This document shows, piece after piece, positions 28,056 through 32,000 of a stretch of DNA of 32,000 nt. The stretch is from Desulfuromonadales bacterium (GTDB lineage: Bacteria > Desulfobacterota > Desulfuromonadia > Geobacterales > Pseudopelobacteraceae), in contig JBAXVG010000027.1 of assembly GCA_037129255.1 (NCBI GenBank), positions 2,121 through 34,120 of the forward strand, read 5' to 3'. The stretch's first letter is position 1. Each line of letters begins with the position of its first letter. The position numbers and the translations under genes are program-made. The notes under the pieces are model-generated. The model did no database searches and was not told the DNA's origin. It saw only the letters and a list, made by a program, of their open reading frames with translations.

Positions 28056-30269
28056 CTACGAGTCGACGACGTCTTTTTTCCTGCGCCGCGTCCTGGAAGG
28101 TGGTTTTGCCTCCGATTCCGCCGGAGGCACTTCGGCGGTAGCCACGATTTCCGGGGCAGTGCGGCGGCGCGCTCTCGGCGCGGCCCGGACAGCAGTTTCA
28201 GTTGCCGGCTCCTCGTTAGACTCCGGCTTCTCGTCGACTGCCTCTACCTCCAAGTGTGCGGACTTTTGCTTGGCACGAGAAGGACGGCGGCGCTTCGGTT
28301 TTTCAGGCGGAACGGGCGTCGATTCGATCGGTTCTACCGGTAAAGGCTCCGGTTGTGATACAACCTCGACGACCGCACCTTCACTTGCCGGAGAAGCATC
28401 CTCCACTCCTTTGGCGCCCTTGCGCCCCCTGCGACGACGGCGTTTTTTAGGTTTTATAGCGCTTTCTGTTTCGTCCTGTTTATCAGCTGTCACGTCAATC
28501 CTACCGGCTTCCGGGGGGCTTTCCGGCACTGGAGAGGAAAACTCGGATGGTTCAGGTTTCTCGGGTAAGGTTGTTGTGGCATCGACCTCACTGCCTGGCT
28601 TCTTCTTTTTGCGGCGGCGTTTCTTCTTCTTGGCCCCCTCCACAGAAATGACCCCTTCATTCGGTTGCTCATCCACCATCCCGGAATCAGCAACCAGCTC
28701 TCCTGCAGCAGGTTTGTATGCCTCGCCCGCCTCAGCCTCACTTTTGAGAACATCCTCCATGCGCAACTTCTCTCGCTTGACGGTCTCAAGTTCCAATTGG
28801 TTGAGCAGATATGAAGTTTTTCCCTTTACAGTGACCTCGATATCGTAATCATTCTCGATCTGGGTCAACTCACGTTTCTTACGGTTAAGCAGATAATAGG
28901 CCACCTCTAACGGCAGACCTCCATGTACCTCCGAGACACTCCCCTTTGCGGCTGCAGCATGCACTTTCCGCAGGAACGAGAGTGCCATTGCCTCGACTGA
29001 TTTGACCTTGCCACGCCCCTCGCAATGTGGACATGCCAGATGGATTGCATCGTTTAATGTCTTGGCAATACGCTGCCGGGACATTTCAAGAATGCCGAAT
29101 TCAGAAATATTCCCCAGGTTGACTCGCGCCTTATCCATTTTGAGGGCTTGCTTGAGAACCTTTTCCACCTCATTGTTATGTTTCTTGTCTCGCATGTCAA
29201 TGAAGTCAATTACGATCAGACCGCCCAAGTCGCGCAGACGAAGTTGCCTGGCCACCTCTTCGGCAGCCTCCATGTTGGTCTTGAAGGCGGTGTCTTCAAT
29301 GCCGCGCTCGCCACTGGATTTGCCTGAATTGACATCAATCGAGACCAGCGCCTCTGTCGGCTCGATGATCAGCGAACCACCGGACGGAAGCGCCACACGC
29401 TTCTCGTAGATCTGGTCGATCTGCTCCTCAAGCTGGAAGCGTGAGAAAATCGGGCGTTTTTCCTTGTGAAGCTTAACCAGTTTCTCACATTTTGGCATGT
29501 TCTCACGGAAAAAAGCCTTGGCCTCATCGCAGGCCTCCTTGCTATCGACAAGTACTTCGTCGATATCGTCGGAAAAATAGTCGCGAATGAAGCGTATGAT
29601 CAGACCACTGTCGCGGTAAACCTCGCCGGCACCCTTGATTTCAGCTGCGGTCTGTCTTATGCTGCCATACATCGATACCAGATTGTCCAGGTCCTTCTGC
29701 AGCTCCTCCGGTGTCCGCCCCACAGCCTCGGTTCGGATAATGTATCCGATTCCCTCGGAGATGTTCATGCCTGCAACAATATCTTTCAGTTTTTTGCGGG
29801 CGCCTTCCTGCTCAACCTTGCGGGAGATGCCTGCGGAATCGCTGCCTGGCATGATCACCATGTAGCGCCCCGGCAGGGAAAGGTACGTAGTCAGGGCCGA
29901 ACCTTTGTTGTCGCGCTCGTCCTTCTCGACCTGCACCAGAAGTTCCTGGCCACGGCGCAGCACTTCCTGAATGCGGGGGCGACGTTTGTGTTGCTCATCG
30001 GGCATATCATCGCGCCATTGCCAGAAATCGGGATGCAATTCGCCCATCTGTAAAAATCCTGGTTTAGCGCGGCCGATATCCACGAAGGCTGCCTGCAGAC
30101 CAGGCTCTACCCGCAGCACAACCCCTTTATATATATTGCCCTTGGTCTGCTCTTTGCCGGTTATCTCTATATTCAGTTCCATCAGGCGTCCGTCGTGCAC
30201 AATGGCCACGCGCGCCTCCTCGGGGTGCATGACATTGATAAGCATCTTTTTACTTACAATCGTACTCAT
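28056..30269 (-). CDS. rne: Ribonuclease E/G family endoribonuclease with a long Arg/Lys/Pro/Glu-rich C-terminal extension (RNase E-like)
   Basis: S1 domain GNIYKGVVLRVEPGLQAAFVDIG, catalytic VIDFIDM, and Zn-link CPHCEGRG. The C-terminal ~230 aa is low complexity with KKKKRRRKKKK and KKRRRRRGRKG blocks. I prefer the start at MSTIVSKKMLINV (30269); the track start is 30308. Confidence 0.88.
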   Translation of the reverse strand: MSTIVSKKMLINVMHPEEARVAIVHDGRLMELNIEITGKEQTKGNIYKGVVLRVEPGLQAAFVDIGRAKPGFLQMGELHPDFWQWRDDMPDEQHKRRPRIQEVLRRGQELLVQVEKDERDNKGSALTTYLSLPGRYMVIMPGSDSAGISRKVEQEGARKKLKDIVAGMNISEGIGYIIRTEAVGRTPEELQKDLDNLVSMYGSIRQTAAEIKGAGEVYRDSGLIIRFIRDYFSDDIDEVLVDSKEACDEAKAFFRENMPKCEKLVKLHKEKRPIFSRFQLEEQIDQIYEKRVALPSGGSLIIEPTEALVSIDVNSGKSSGERGIEDTAFKTNMEAAEEVARQLRLRDLGGLIVIDFIDMRDKKHNNEVEKVLKQALKMDKARVNLGNISEFGILEMSRQRIAKTLNDAIHLACPHCEGRGKVKSVEAMALSFLRKVHAAAAKGSVSEVHGGLPLEVAYYLLNRKKRELTQIENDYDIEVTVKGKTSYLLNQLELETVKREKLRMEDVLKSEAEAGEAYKPAAGELVADSGMVDEQPNEGVISVEGAKKKKRRRKKKKPGSEVDATTTLPEKPEPSEFSSPVPESPPEAGRIDVTADKQDETESAIKPKKRRRRRGRKGAKGVEDASPASEGAVVEVVSQPEPLPVEPIESTPVPPEKPKRRRPSRAKQKSAHLEVEAVDEKPESNEEPATETAVRAAPRARRRTAPEIVATAEVPPAESEAKPPSRTRRRKKDVVDS

Positions 30270-30390
30270 TACCTTTGATCGACCTTTCAGGTGGGTTTTT
30301 ACCAACATTATATTTAAAATGGGATTATATATGTTTTAGTTTCGAAAGCAAAGAAAAAGGCGGTATAGGGGTGCAGTCAAAAGTGTGGAT

Positions 30391-30415
30391 AAGTCAGACC
30401 TTATTATTCTGACTT
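30391..30415. repeat. 8-bp-stem hairpin AAGTCAGA-(9 nt)-TCTGACTT in the divergent rne/lpxK intergenic region
   Basis: Pairing 30391-30398 with 30408-30415 was checked base by base. It lies upstream of both rne (minus) and lpxK (plus). The function (leader structure or operator) is unknown. Confidence 0.4.
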
Positions 30416-30492
30416 GACGCGATCACGAAAACAAGTCAATTTTCGCTCATGGCCTCTACTGCTCGTGTTGAAGTTGATGAAACCCGATATTT

Positions 30493-31578
30493 ATGACCAC
30501 ATCCTGTCACACATACTGGCGCGAACTGGCCAACGGCACGCGCACCGGATTCACAGACCACCTGCTGATCATGCTTCTGGCGCCGTTTTCGCTGGCATAC
30601 TCGTTTGCCCAGCGTCTGCGTGCCGCTCTGTATCACATCGGTATTCTGACGACATATCGACTACCACGTCCCGTCGTATCAATCGGAAATATTACCGTCG
30701 GAGGCACCGGCAAAACACCGGTCACCGCCTATATCGCCGAAAAACTGCTGGCGCAGGGTTATCGGGTTGCTGTCCTCTCACGCGGCTATGGCGGTTCGCT
30801 GGAAGGGCAAAGCTGTGTTGTCAGCAACGGCAGCACCGTAATGATGAGCGCCACGGAGTGTGGCGATGAACCTTTCCTGCTGGCATCTACCGTTCCGGGA
30901 GTGATGGTCGTAATCGGAACGGATCGTTATGCAACCGGCCTGCTGGCAATGCAGCAACTCTCTCCGGATGTGTTCCTGCTGGATGACGGATTCCAGCACA
31001 TGCGATTGCATCGCGACCTGAACATCTTGCTGCTGGATCATAACTGCCCGTTCGGCAACGGCTGGACACTGCCGACCGGGTTATTGCGGGAACCGCGCCC
31101 GGCCCTGCTGAGGGCGGACTGGATCATACACACCCGATGCGATGGAATTATTCTGAACATTCCCGGACTGGAGCATATTCCCCACATAGCGTCCCGCCAT
31201 CGCCTGAGCAGCCTCACTCCGCTGATTGGCAGTGCTGCCGTTCCGGTTAAAGATCTTGGCAACCTAGTGGCTTTTGCCGGTATAGCCGAACCGGAACGGT
31301 TTTTTGGCGACCTCCGGAAGCTGTCCAATAAGGTAGTACAAACACTCGCCCTTCCCGATCATGCCCCTTATACACCCGCCGTAATCAGTACGATCGCTGC
31401 AATGATGCGTGACAGCGGCGCCGATTATGCCGTCACCACCGGCAAGGACGCCGTCAAAATGAAGCATGTCCCGCCTGAACTCGCCGCCCGTATTCTCGTG
31501 GCGAATCTCGAGTTGCAGCTTGATTGCGCCGATTCATTGATGAATGATCTGTTCAATGTATGTCACAAGTCGTATTGA
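30493..31578 (+). CDS. lpxK: Tetraacyldisaccharide 4'-kinase
   Basis: 361-aa ORF with an N-terminal membrane helix followed by the P-loop SIGNITVGGTGKTP and VLSRGYGG. Confidence 0.9.
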   Translation: MTTSCHTYWRELANGTRTGFTDHLLIMLLAPFSLAYSFAQRLRAALYHIGILTTYRLPRPVVSIGNITVGGTGKTPVTAYIAEKLLAQGYRVAVLSRGYGGSLEGQSCVVSNGSTVMMSATECGDEPFLLASTVPGVMVVIGTDRYATGLLAMQQLSPDVFLLDDGFQHMRLHRDLNILLLDHNCPFGNGWTLPTGLLREPRPALLRADWIIHTRCDGIILNIPGLEHIPHIASRHRLSSLTPLIGSAAVPVKDLGNLVAFAGIAEPERFFGDLRKLSNKVVQTLALPDHAPYTPAVISTIAAMMRDSGADYAVTTGKDAVKMKHVPPELAARILVANLELQLDCADSLMNDLFNVCHKSY

Positions 31579-31650
31579 AAGGCTAATGCGACATGCAGCG
31601 GCCTTTGGCTTCTGATGTTCTCTACCCAATCACCTCAATATTATTAGGGT

Positions 31651-32000
31651 TTACAGTGGTCGCCCTTCCAGGTCCTTTTTGGAAACCACCTTGATACTGG
31701 ATGAAGATCCGGCATAATCACGATATAGCAGCACAAGAAAGCGCACGGTGACCAGTCGATGGATCAACGCCTGAGTCAGGCGGTACAGCCAGTAGCGGAT
31801 TTTCGAGGAAGGCGGACTTCCAAGGATCAAAGGACAGTAGTCCGAAAGCTGCAAGGTAACCCGTGTGCCGGAAATTAAGTGTTCGGCCGTTAAACGGAGT
31901 TCACCCCGGTTGCATTGGTGTTTCTGCACCAAAAAACCGCCACATATGCGCAAGACCAAAGAACTCGCCTCCTCTGTCGGCGGCAGAAAGCAGATCAGGC
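31651..32000 (-). CDS. Hypothetical protein, C-terminal part only (frame stays open to the window end)
   Basis: The track lists 31651..31959 from a TTG. Hand translation shows the same frame continues without a stop to position 32000 (...LICFLPPTEEASS-LVLRICGG...). I recognise no family, and the composition is somewhat unusual for a protein. Confidence 0.3.
   Translation of the reverse strand, partial: LICFLPPTEEASSLVLRICGGFLVQKHQCNRGELRLTAEHLISGTRVTLQLSDYCPLILGSPPSSKIRYWLYRLTQALIHRLVTVRFLVLLYRDYAGSSSSIKVVSKKDLEGRPL

Noticed and set aside
28018-28848. 276-aa (+) Ser/Gly/Arg-rich ORF
   Set aside because: It is the mirror image of the low-complexity Arg/Lys/Pro/Glu tail of the RNase E-like gene. 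It has no independent start signal.

Overview
This window looks like a Geobacter/Desulfuromonadales-type chromosome segment; that assignment is an inference from gene order and is not verified. One long minus-strand outer-membrane biogenesis supercluster dominates it: lysS, lolC/E, lolD, bamA, skp, lpxD, fabZ, lpxA, gnnA, gnnB // lpxB, msbA, lpxL-like, PAP2 phosphatase, waaA // hpnJ-like, hpnK-like, small DMT protein, proC, ppk2. To the right lie an NHL-repeat protein, an RNase E/G gene and lpxK (+). Accessory DNA interrupts the cluster twice. The first interruption is a vapBC module (4495-5101) between waaA and hpnJ. The second is a visibly AT-rich islet of about 4.9 kb (about 11040-15950) between lpxB and gnnB. 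The islet carries an orphan MNT-type nucleotidyltransferase, a DUF104/AF2212-like small protein and a divergent parDE module. It also carries a tightly coupled two-gene operon: a compact 412-aa beta-CASP metallo-beta-lactamase nuclease and a 553-aa protein with a PD-(D/E)xK-like core and an unrecognisable C-terminal half. That two-nuclease operon, possibly with a small upstream ORF, is my best candidate for an undescribed defence-like system. I found no rRNA, tRNA, CRISPR array, integrase or transposase. All family calls rest on motifs read by eye from the translations; no database search was possible.
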